Source: an uncultured virus (IMG/VR IMGVR_UViG_3300042539_000942) (Duplodnaviria > Heunggongvirae > Uroviricota > Caudoviricetes). From it: 64,000 nucleotides of DNA. Where the stretch lies: IMG/VR virus record IMGVR_UViG_3300042539_000942; one strand, written 5' to 3'. Within the stretch, counting starts at the first letter, position 1; each line of letters starts with the position of its first letter. The notes beneath the pieces are model-generated. The model was given only the letters and a program-made list of their open reading frames with translations, searched no databases and had not been told where the DNA came from. Position numbers and translations under genes: made by a program. Shown here one piece after another: positions 55,271-63,079 of this stretch.

Positions 55271-55423
55271 CGAAAGATAAATAATAACTTATAATGTGTA
55301 GACCCACTATCTGGTGGGTTTTTTACTATGAGTCATTGATGTGACATTAGAGCCTAGGAGATTGCCCCTTGAGAAAGGGGAAGTGCGCTTTCTCTATTAG
55401 GATGTAGAGTTCAATCGGAGTTA

Positions 55424-56056
55424 ATGCAACAATTCTTTACTGTAGCCCTGCCCCTTCTGGCATCGGTTACAACCAATGTGGCAACACTGCCCCTGTTTCC
55501 TCCTTTGACGACGCCCCCAGCGCCGTTTTCTGTTATTAAGGAGTTTGAAACGCCGACAGCGACCAAAGAGGTTGCTCCCGAAAAGCCAAAAGAGAAAAGG
55601 CTAATTTGTAAAGGGTGTAATGAAAATGAAAATGTAGCCCTGAATTATTTTCAGGACATTGGAATTAAAGACAGAAACGCCCTTGCTACCATTATGGGTA
55701 ACATTCGTCAGGAATCAACTTTTGTTCCTAACATTTGTGAAGGTGGTAGCAGAACCAGTTGGCATAGCTGCTACGGCGGTTACGGACTGATTCAATGGAC
55801 ATCTGCCGATCGTTATCATGGATTGGGTGATTTTGCTAAGAGGTATGGTGGTTCTCCATCAACACTTCCTACGCAACTTCGTTATCTAACGACTGAGGTT
55901 CAATGGAAACGAATTGAAAACAGGATGAAAACTCCTGGTAAATCTATCAATCGTTACATGGACTATGCGTATAGTTGGATTGGCTGGGGCATTCATGGTG
56001 CCCGTACATCTTATGCACATGAGTATGCTTCCAAACTGATCACGGTAGAAGTTTGA
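55424..56056 (+). CDS. Cell-wall hydrolase (phage tail lysozyme family) with N-terminal signal-like segment
   Basis: IMGNIRQES, GYGLIQWT and TQLRYL motifs. Confidence 0.75.
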   Translation: MQQFFTVALPLLASVTTNVATLPLFPPLTTPPAPFSVIKEFETPTATKEVAPEKPKEKRLICKGCNENENVALNYFQDIGIKDRNALATIMGNIRQESTFVPNICEGGSRTSWHSCYGGYGLIQWTSADRYHGLGDFAKRYGGSPSTLPTQLRYLTTEVQWKRIENRMKTPGKSINRYMDYAYSWIGWGIHGARTSYAHEYASKLITVEV

Positions 56057-56083
56057 ACAACTGAATAAATAGGGGGGAGTGTT

Positions 56084-56500
56084 ATGCTCCCCTTTATGAT
56101 TAACTTTAATTTCGGCAAAAAGAAACCAGATAAAAAACAACTTATAATACTCAGTACAGTATTATCATTTCTTATCACAGCACTCTCACAATGCACTGGA
56201 GTTTCTGAAAATGGACTTTGGGACTTATTGGATGAGATTCAGAGAAAGTATTTCCCACAAACTATTCTCAATGAGATTTTTATTCAAGATCCTAACAAAG
56301 TAGAACGCAGAGTCAAACGTGATGTTGATCGAGCACTCGATGAAGTCACTCCAGAGTATGACCGTATTATTCAAGAATCGAACAAGCGTTATAAACCACG
56401 ATACTCTGAGAAACCACCAGACGGCAGTGAGGCACAAAGACTGCTTGGTGGAGAAATGAGAATCTGTGCTGTATGGGTTGACGACTGCCCCAAGCAGTAG
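56084..56500 (+). CDS. Hypothetical membrane/lipoprotein-like protein
   Basis: Hydrophobic LIILSTVLSFLITALSQC segment; ATAAATA upstream. Confidence 0.6.
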   Translation: MLPFMINFNFGKKKPDKKQLIILSTVLSFLITALSQCTGVSENGLWDLLDEIQRKYFPQTILNEIFIQDPNKVERRVKRDVDRALDEVTPEYDRIIQESNKRYKPRYSEKPPDGSEAQRLLGGEMRICAVWVDDCPKQ

Positions 56501-56522
56501 TATAATAAGAAGGTCACCAAAT

Positions 56523-56596
<74 letters not shown>

Positions 56597-56661
56597 TTGG
56601 GGAAGTGATCCTGCGGTTCCGTCCAAGAGCTCTCCTTCCCCTCATACATAAAATAAAATAT

Positions 56662-56733
56662 TGGGGTGTAGCACAACGGCAGTGCGTCGAGCTGTTAACT
56701 CGCAGGTTACTGGTTCGAATCCAGTCACCCCAG
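56662..56733 (+). tRNA. tRNA-Asn(GTT)
   Basis: TGGGGTG/CACCCCA acceptor; CGAG-CTGTTAA-CTCG; GGTTCGAATCC. Confidence 0.92.
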
Positions 56734-56788
56734 TTGAAAGAATTAGTAATTCTTTCACGTCTTTAATTTTGAATTTGATGTTCTTTTT

Positions 56789-57394
56789 ATGAATAAAGAA
56801 AACATACTTGGATTTCCAATTTATAGGTTTTATTATCCTAAAGAAAAACAAAATCAAATTAAAGATGAAATTCTAAAACTAAATTGGATTGAAAATCCAC
56901 AAAACATGATGTGGATTGGGTGTAACACTGGAGAAAATCTTCATGACCTTCCCCAATTTAAGGATCTTTTTGACTGGTTTCATGAATGTTTAAATGATGT
57001 TAAGCATGATTTGAATTTGACATGTGATGATTTAAAGGTCGTTAGTTCTTGGGCAAATTTAAATCGAAAAGAACAATCTTTTCATAATCACATTCATCCA
57101 AATGCTTTCATGAGTTCAAATTATTATGTCTCTGGTGGGAAAGAAACTCACACAGTATGGCACATGGAAAACCCCTACTTTCAAAACAATTTGTATCCAA
57201 CGGAATCAGATACTCGTTTGTATCATTATGAACCAACAGAACCAGGAAAGTTTATTGTTTTCCCACCGCACATTTATCACTATTCAACACAAAACAAATC
57301 GGATGAATATAGAATCACTATAGCAGCAAATATTTTTCCATCTGGAAAAGTTAGTTATGGTGGCGTATCTAAAATGAAAATTAGTGTCATCTAA
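56789..57394 (+). CDS. Putative 2OG-Fe(II) oxygenase
   Basis: SWAN..HNHIHPN..SSNYY and FP..IYH..RITIAAN motifs. Confidence 0.8.
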   Translation: MNKENILGFPIYRFYYPKEKQNQIKDEILKLNWIENPQNMMWIGCNTGENLHDLPQFKDLFDWFHECLNDVKHDLNLTCDDLKVVSSWANLNRKEQSFHNHIHPNAFMSSNYYVSGGKETHTVWHMENPYFQNNLYPTESDTRLYHYEPTEPGKFIVFPPHIYHYSTQNKSDEYRITIAANIFPSGKVSYGGVSKMKISVI

Positions 57395-57405
57395 AACAAA
57401 CTTTA

Positions 57406-57477
57406 GGGCGATTAACTCAGCGGTAGAGTGCCTCGTTTACACCGAGTATGTCGGCGGTTCGATCCCGTCATCGCCCA
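57406..57477 (+). tRNA. tRNA-Val(TAC)
   Basis: GGGCGAT/ATCGCCC acceptor; CTCG-TTTACAC-CGAG. Confidence 0.92.
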
Positions 57478-57504
57478 CTTGCATAAATACTTGAAAAAAA
57501 TATA

Positions 57505-57942
57505 ATGGAAGAACTTTACAATTCTCTTTATACTGCTCAGGCAAGTCTTTTTCAACTGTTCCAAAAAACTTGGGTGTATCATTGGAATGTAATTGGTGCT
57601 GATTTTCATCAATTACACACCGTATTTGGTGAACAATATACAACCATGTTTGAGGAAATTGATAGGTTAACTGAGCACATGCGTTATCTTCGTATGAAAG
57701 CTCCTGCACAATTGACTAGGGTGATGGACTTATCTGAAATTGCAGAGGCAGATCCAACCCCAACTGACAAGGTTATGATTGGTCAATTGATGAATGATAA
57801 TAAAAAAATCATTGAGATTTTTGCTAAAGTTTCTGAAGAAGCAGAAAAGCAAAAGTCATACGCAACCGCAAACATTGTTCAGGATTTGATGGAGTCTCAT
57901 GGTAAATTTGTTTGGATGTTAAGATCGTTTTTAAAGGAATGA
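57505..57942 (+). CDS. dps: Dps / ferritin-like DNA-protection protein
   Basis: HWNVIG.DFHQLH..FGEQY....EEIDRLTE ferroxidase motif and KFVWMLRS. Confidence 0.9.
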   Translation: MEELYNSLYTAQASLFQLFQKTWVYHWNVIGADFHQLHTVFGEQYTTMFEEIDRLTEHMRYLRMKAPAQLTRVMDLSEIAEADPTPTDKVMIGQLMNDNKKIIEIFAKVSEEAEKQKSYATANIVQDLMESHGKFVWMLRSFLKE

Positions 57943-57945
57943 CCA

Positions 57946-58197
57946 ATGTTAACTATAAGATGCAAAGATTGCAATAAAGAATTAGTTGCACACGAATCAA
58001 AAACACAATGTTGTGGTTGTCCTAACATGGCAACAATTAAAGGAGATAAGATTTCTGCAGTTGACTTATCCCGTGTTGTCATGTTAAACTCCTATCATAA
58101 TAAATCAAAATCTGGTGTTCTTACAACTGAAGATCTTGCTTTTCAAGAAGCGAGAAGACAACGTAAAGTAAGACGTTTAGATTTTGAAGTCCGTTGA
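57946..58197 (+). CDS. Zinc-ribbon hypothetical protein
   Basis: CKDC..CGCPN. Confidence 0.7.
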   Translation: MLTIRCKDCNKELVAHESKTQCCGCPNMATIKGDKISAVDLSRVVMLNSYHNKSKSGVLTTEDLAFQEARRQRKVRRLDFEVR

Positions 58198-58208
58198 GGA
58201 CTTTTATT

Positions 58209-58294
58209 GGAAGATTGGCCGAGTGGTTGATGGCGATAGTCTTGAAAACTATTAACGTTAGTAGCGTTCCAGGGTTCGAATCCCTGATCTTCCT
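58209..58294 (+). tRNA. tRNA-Ser(TGA)
   Basis: GGAAGAT/ATCTTCC acceptor; ATAGT-CTTGAAA-ACTAT; long variable arm. Confidence 0.92.
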
Positions 58295-58401
58295 TCAGTT
58301 ACCATTGATACCAAATTTAAAGTAATGTCTTGACATTCTTACAAAATTGACAAACTTAGATGTGATGTTATCATAAATGTTAGTATCACATCTATACAAT
58401 T

Positions 58402-58551
58402 ATGGACCAACATACTTATAATAATTGGGTCCGTATTAAAGAGACTTTTGAAATCTCTGGAAATACCGATAACATGTTCTATAAAAGATCATGTGAAATC
58501 GTAAAAACAAAAAAAGATCCTCTAGCAAAGTATCTTGGTGATGAGAAATGA
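58402..58551 (+). CDS. Small hypothetical protein (not in ORF track)
   Basis: 49 aa MDQHTYNNWVRIKETFEISGNTDNMFYKRSCEIVK... Confidence 0.6.
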   Translation: MDQHTYNNWVRIKETFEISGNTDNMFYKRSCEIVKTKKDPLAKYLGDEK

Positions 58552-58706
58552 CTCCAGAAGAAATTCAAGAAATGATCAATCAATCAATTGCTGAAGCAAT
58601 TGACAAACACAATAAAACTGCTACAATTATAAGTGCCAGTATTGGTTCAATCCTTCTTTTCTTTTATGCTCATGGTCTTCTTGCAGTGGTTGACAAGGTT
58701 AAGTAG
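58548..58706 (+). CDS. Small membrane protein (not in ORF track)
   Basis: 52 aa MTPEEIQEMI..HNKTATIISASIGSILLFFYAHGLL; ATGA overlap with the upstream ORF. Confidence 0.6.
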   Translation: MTPEEIQEMINQSIAEAIDKHNKTATIISASIGSILLFFYAHGLLAVVDKVK

Positions 58707-58718
58707 GAGTGGTATAAT
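58690..58718 (+). promoter_or_regulatory. Consensus sigma70 promoter for the tRNA cluster
   Basis: TTGACA-17-TATAAT, 10 nt before tRNA-Pro. Confidence 0.8.
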
Positions 58719-58728
58719 ACTTCAATGA

Positions 58729-58800
58729 CGGAGCATAGTTCAGCGGTAGAATGCTGGTTTTGGGAACCAGAGGTCGCAGGTTCAATCCCTGCTGCTCCGA
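58729..58800 (+). tRNA. tRNA-Pro(TGG)
   Basis: CGGAGCA/TGCTCCG acceptor; CTGGT-TTTGGGA-ACCAG. Confidence 0.92.
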
Positions 58801-58804
58801 CCTT

Positions 58805-58877
58805 GGGGAATTAGCTCAGTTGGTAGAGCACCTGCTTTGCAAGCAGGCTGTCAGGAGTTCGAGTCTCCTATTCTCCA
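58805..58877 (+). tRNA. tRNA-Ala(TGC)
   Basis: GGGGAAT/ATTCTCC acceptor with G3:U70; CCTGC-TTTGCAA-GCAGG. Confidence 0.94.
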
Positions 58878-58880
58878 TAT

Positions 58881-58952
58881 GGGACTGTCGCCTATTGGTT
58901 AAGGCCCACTGCTTATAACGGTGTGAACGGAGTTCAATTCTCTGCGGTCCTA
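58881..58952 (+). tRNA. tRNA-Ile(TAT)
   Basis: GGGACTG/CGGTCCT acceptor; CACTG-CTTATAA-CGGTG; GTTCAATTC T-loop. Confidence 0.85.
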
Positions 58953-59039
58953 TTGGGTGCAACAAGGAACGTTGTATTAAACGAAGGGTCCCCTCTGCTG
59001 AATCGTAGATTATCGTGGTCAGACACCCTCGCCCAAAAT

Positions 59040-59112
59040 GCTCCTTTAGCTCTCTGGAGAAAGCACCGAACTCATAATTCGGCTAAGGTCGGTTCGATCC
59101 CGACAAGGAGCA
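59040..59112 (+). tRNA. tRNA with CAT anticodon (elongator Met or Ile2)
   Basis: GCTCCTT/AAGGAGC acceptor; CCGAA-CTCATAA-TTCGG. Confidence 0.88.
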
Positions 59113-59165
59113 CTTGACAGAAACCCTGTCAAACCTGTATAATACATAGGTCAACAATTAAAGCA

Positions 59166-59381
59166 ATGACTCTCATTTCAAAATTCAAGAAAGACGTTCA
59201 AACCCTTCGTGGTGCTGCCAATGGCGAATTTTACCTTGATGTAAAGAATCCGAAACTTTTCAAAAAAGTTCGTCGTTATTATGAAAACGAAGGTGTAGTA
59301 TTTTCTGGTGATCCTCTTGACGATTATGAAATCTTGATGGAGTATGTTCTTGCAGATCTTGAAACTGTTGAGGTTGCATGA
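59166..59381 (+). CDS. Conserved cyanophage hypothetical protein
   Basis: LDVKNPKLFKKVRRYYE motif; promoter TTGACA-18-TATAAT at 59114-59143. Confidence 0.7.
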   Translation: MTLISKFKKDVQTLRGAANGEFYLDVKNPKLFKKVRRYYENEGVVFSGDPLDDYEILMEYVLADLETVEVA

Positions 59382-59611
59382 CAAAGGTTCTTTTGGAACG
59401 TGAAGGATACCGCTTCGTTGAGGCAGGTGTTCTTGAAATCAACGGTAAACCTGATTACCGTTTACAAAAACAAAATGAGTACACTAAACGCTGGAATGAC
59501 ATTTATCTTTTTGATAATGTGCTACAATGTTCTACTGCAATGGAGGATATTGAGTATGCGAAATGGTTAGATCCAGATCGAGTTCCTTGTTATGTGAAAG
59601 ATGATGAATAG
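59378..59611 (+). CDS. Conserved hypothetical protein
   Basis: INGKPDYRLQ..YLFDN motif; coupled to the upstream ORF. Confidence 0.7.
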   Translation: MTKVLLEREGYRFVEAGVLEINGKPDYRLQKQNEYTKRWNDIYLFDNVLQCSTAMEDIEYAKWLDPDRVPCYVKDDE

Positions 59612-59802
59612 TCTCGGGATGACTTAAAAAGCGCCCTGGTCGGGATAGTACCCCCTTTAGTCACGGAGAGACTTTAAAAGTACTGGTGGAGTCAATATGA
59701 CCCCTTATGAGTTTACGGCATCTCTCAAATGACGTTGGTGCGGATGGAGGCAACTCCCGCCCAGTTTCTTGCCTCTGGTCAAAGGGCAAGTGGCGAGCCT
59801 GA
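59610..59802 (+). ncRNA. manA/wcaG-type structured RNA upstream of the sugar-epimerase genes
   Basis: Repeated hairpin + UGGY(G) units (AGTC..GACT hairpins, CCAG/CTGG stem). The wcaG motif of cyanophages has UGGYG repeats and precedes NDP-sugar epimerases. The exact family assignment was not verified. Confidence 0.6.
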
Positions 59803-59810
59803 AAGACCTA

Positions 59811-59847
59811 AAGGAGAGTTGCATAAACTCTCCTTTTTTAGTATAAT
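59811..59847 (+). terminator. Terminator hairpin overlapping a sigma70-like promoter
   Basis: AAGGAGAGTT-GCATA-AACTCTCCTT-TTTT; TTGCAT-17-TATAAT. Confidence 0.7.
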
Positions 59848-59868
59848 AACAAAAAACCGTGCAAATAA

Positions 59869-60810
59869 ATGATACTAGTCACTGGTGGTGCAGGATTTAT
59901 TGGAAGCAATTTCCTACACTTCATTAAGGATAAGACAGATGAAAAAATTATCGTGATTGATAATCTGACTTATGCTGCTGAATTAGATTACATCCCCAAT
60001 GAATCTAAGTTTGAGTTTGTTTGGTGTGACATTACAAATGAAAATCATGTAGATTATTTGTTTAAAAAGTATAAACCAAATAAAGTATTTCACTTTGCAG
60101 CAGAAAGTCACGTAGATAATTCTATTAAAAATTATAGACCATTCTTAGAATCTAATGTAGTTGGAACTATTAATCTTTTAAATTCTAGTTTGGCAATTGA
60201 TGTTGAAAAATTTCATCACATTTCTACTGATGAAGTTTATGGATCATTGGAGTACGATGATGAGAATGTCTTTACAGAAAATACTCCTTACGATCCAAAA
60301 AATCCTTATTCTGCGAGCAAAGCAGCATCGGATCATTATGTGAGGACATGGCATAATACCTATGGTCTTCCTTATCTGATTACAAATTGTTCAAATAACT
60401 ATGGTCCACATCAACACATTGAAAAACTTATTCCCAAAGTAGTCATAAATTCTTTGAATGATAAAGTCACTTACATGTATGGTGGTGGGGAACAAATTCG
60501 TGATTGGTTGCATGTGATGGATCATGCCAATGCTATTTGGATGTTGGAAGAACAAAACGTATTGAATGATCGTTTTAATGTTGGTGGTTCTTGTGAACTT
60601 AAAAACATTAATGTAACTAAAAAAATTCTTGACATTTTGGATAAACCATATAGTTTGATAGAAACATCTGATGAACGTCCTGGACAGGATAAAAGATATG
60701 GAATGGATCATTCAAAACTAACAAATAAAATTGGATGGGTTCCTGAAGTAAAATTTGACAAAGGATTGGAAGATACTGTAAAATGGTATGTGAATAGAAT
60801 CAAGTTATGA
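59869..60810 (+). CDS. rfbB: dTDP-glucose 4,6-dehydratase
   Basis: GGAGFIG, AAESHVD, STDEVYG, YSASK and NCSNNYGP motifs. Confidence 0.9.
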   Translation: MILVTGGAGFIGSNFLHFIKDKTDEKIIVIDNLTYAAELDYIPNESKFEFVWCDITNENHVDYLFKKYKPNKVFHFAAESHVDNSIKNYRPFLESNVVGTINLLNSSLAIDVEKFHHISTDEVYGSLEYDDENVFTENTPYDPKNPYSASKAASDHYVRTWHNTYGLPYLITNCSNNYGPHQHIEKLIPKVVINSLNDKVTYMYGGGEQIRDWLHVMDHANAIWMLEEQNVLNDRFNVGGSCELKNINVTKKILDILDKPYSLIETSDERPGQDKRYGMDHSKLTNKIGWVPEVKFDKGLEDTVKWYVNRIKL

Positions 60811-61625
60811 CTTTATCTCTTTATGGTGGTAGTGGATTTGTTGGAGGAAATTTCAAACGAATTTATTCTAACTTTGTTGAAATGCAAAGAGACGAACGGA
60901 AACCAAAAACAAATCAAATTTTATATTTTATTTCCACAGTAGATAATTATAATGTACATGATAACATCACATTAGATGTAAACACCAACTTGGGTGTTTT
61001 ATGTGAGGTTTTAGATTATTGTAGATCAGAAGACATTGTTTTTAACTTCATTAGTTCTTGGTTTGTTTATGGTAAAACTCCCTATCTTCCTGCTCATGAA
61101 GATAGTATTTGCAATCCAACAGGATTCTATTCCATCACTAAAAAATGTGCAGAAGATTTACTGATTTCATTCTGTACTACATACAATGTCAAGTATCGTA
61201 TTATGAGATTGTGTAATGTTCTTGGATCTGGAGATCAGAAAGCATCCAAGAAAAAAAATGCAATTACTTGGATGATTAATGAACTTAAACTTAATCATGA
61301 CATCTCTCTTTATGATCAAGGAAGCAATTGTAGAGATGTGATGCATGTTCAAGATGTATGTGGAGCAATTAAACTTATTTGTGACAAGGGTGAATACAAT
61401 CAGATCTATAATGTAGGATCTGGAAAACCAACTACAATGGGAGAAATTATTTCTCTTGCAAAACACTATCTAAAGTCGCAATCAAAAATTAATTACATTG
61501 AACCACCAGAGTTTCATAATACAGTTCAAACTAAAAACTTTTGGATGGATACTAAAAAATTAAAGTCTCTTGGGTTTGAACAAAAACTTTCTTTAGAATT
61601 TATTATTAAAGATCTATGTCTGTAA
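60807..61625 (+). CDS. NAD-dependent epimerase/dehydratase (SDR)
   Basis: GGSGFVG, SSWFVYG and YSITK motifs. Confidence 0.85.
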   Translation: MTLSLYGGSGFVGGNFKRIYSNFVEMQRDERKPKTNQILYFISTVDNYNVHDNITLDVNTNLGVLCEVLDYCRSEDIVFNFISSWFVYGKTPYLPAHEDSICNPTGFYSITKKCAEDLLISFCTTYNVKYRIMRLCNVLGSGDQKASKKKNAITWMINELKLNHDISLYDQGSNCRDVMHVQDVCGAIKLICDKGEYNQIYNVGSGKPTTMGEIISLAKHYLKSQSKINYIEPPEFHNTVQTKNFWMDTKKLKSLGFEQKLSLEFIIKDLCL

Positions 61626-62932
61626 ATCAAAAAGTTTCTGAATTTATTTCAAATCTTCAGAATGATAACGAAAATCTTTTTCCTTACTTAACTAATAATA
61701 ATTGGAAAAAAGGAAATTCTGTTTACTATTCTGGACCCTATTGGGATGAACAAGAAGTTACTGCAGCAATTACTACTCTTCTAACTGGCAAATGGTTGCC
61801 AGCAGGTGATGAGGTTAATAAATTTGAACGCCAGTTCTCTAAGAAGTTTGGTTTCGAACATTCTTTAATGGTGAACTCTGGTAGTTCTGCTAATCTTGTC
61901 ATGATTGCTGCACTAAAGAAATACTTTGGTTGGCAAGATGATGATGAAATCATTGTTTGTGTCTGTGGATTTCCAACTACAATTAATCCTATTATTCAAA
62001 ACAATCTAAAACCAGTATTTGTTGACATTGATTATAGTGATCTCAATTGGGACATAAATCAAATTGAACAAAAAATTACCAATAAGACCCGTGCTGTATT
62101 TTCTTCACCAGTTCTTGGGAATCCTTACGATTACGATGCTATCATTGATCTTTGTAATCGCCACAATATTAAACTTATTGCTGATAATTGTGACAGTCTT
62201 GGGAGTAAATGGAAAGGGGAATACTTAACACAACATGCAGTCGCAGCATCATGTTCATTCTATCCTGCACATCACATCACCACGATTGAAGGTGGAATGG
62301 TGTCTTCAAACATCAAAGAGATTGTAGACATTGCTCGTAGTTTTGCTTGGTGGGGTCGTGATTGCTATTGCGTTGGTCCACAAAATCTGTTAGAGTGTGG
62401 AGTGTGTGGTAAAAGATTTGATACATGGTTGGAAGGTTATGATAAAGTTGTTGATCACAAATATGTGTTTGGGCAAATTGGTTATAACCTGAAACCAGCA
62501 GATCTTCAAGGAGCAATTGGTTCTGTTCAACTTCAAAAATTTGAAGATGTTCATCAAAAACGTAGAGCAAATAAAGAAAAGATTCAAAAGATTTTTGAAT
62601 CTATTCCTAATGTTAGAGTGATTAATGAAAGGCAAGAGGCAGAGACTAGTTGGTTTGGTGTTCCAATCGTTGCTGATTATGATAAGGCAACTTTGGTTAA
62701 GTTTCTTGAGAATCATAAAATTCAAACAAGAAATTATTTTGCTGGGAACATTTTAATGCACCCTGCATACAAACATCTAGAAGATGCAAGTAATTATCCT
62801 AATGCTTCTAAAGTTTTAGATAATGTTTTCTTTGTTGGATGTGCTCCCATTATCAATGATTCTATGATAGAATACATAGAGGAAGTTGTGAATGAGTATA
62901 AAGAGAAGCATCTCTTTTATCATCCAGTCTAG
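61616..62932 (+). CDS. DegT-family PLP enzyme, RfbH-like CDP-4-keto-6-deoxyglucose 3-dehydratase
   Basis: VNSGSSANL, DNCDSLG, SFYPAHHITT.EGG (His in place of Lys) and WGRDCYC motifs. Confidence 0.82.
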   Translation: MSVNQKVSEFISNLQNDNENLFPYLTNNNWKKGNSVYYSGPYWDEQEVTAAITTLLTGKWLPAGDEVNKFERQFSKKFGFEHSLMVNSGSSANLVMIAALKKYFGWQDDDEIIVCVCGFPTTINPIIQNNLKPVFVDIDYSDLNWDINQIEQKITNKTRAVFSSPVLGNPYDYDAIIDLCNRHNIKLIADNCDSLGSKWKGEYLTQHAVAASCSFYPAHHITTIEGGMVSSNIKEIVDIARSFAWWGRDCYCVGPQNLLECGVCGKRFDTWLEGYDKVVDHKYVFGQIGYNLKPADLQGAIGSVQLQKFEDVHQKRRANKEKIQKIFESIPNVRVINERQEAETSWFGVPIVADYDKATLVKFLENHKIQTRNYFAGNILMHPAYKHLEDASNYPNASKVLDNVFFVGCAPIINDSMIEYIEEVVNEYKEKHLFYHPV

Positions 62933-62949
62933 GGGAGTATTCCCTTTTT

Positions 62950-63021
62950 GCGGACATAGTTCAGTGGTAGAACGCTATCCTTCCAAGTTAGATGTCGTCG
63001 GTTCGAATCCGATTGTCCGCT
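62950..63021 (+). tRNA. tRNA-Gly(TCC)
   Basis: GCGGACA/TGTCCGC acceptor; CTTCCAA loop; GGTTCGAATCC. Confidence 0.9.
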
Positions 63022-63079
63022 TGTCAAATCAATGCTAATCTAGTAGAATAAATATGATTAGTGAAAATTAATTATTCAA

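Noticed and set aside
58923..59117. 64-aa ORF in the track (also 56389..56676, 56642..56857, 57412..57612)
   Set aside because: They overlap tRNA genes and are artefacts of GC-rich RNA sequence.
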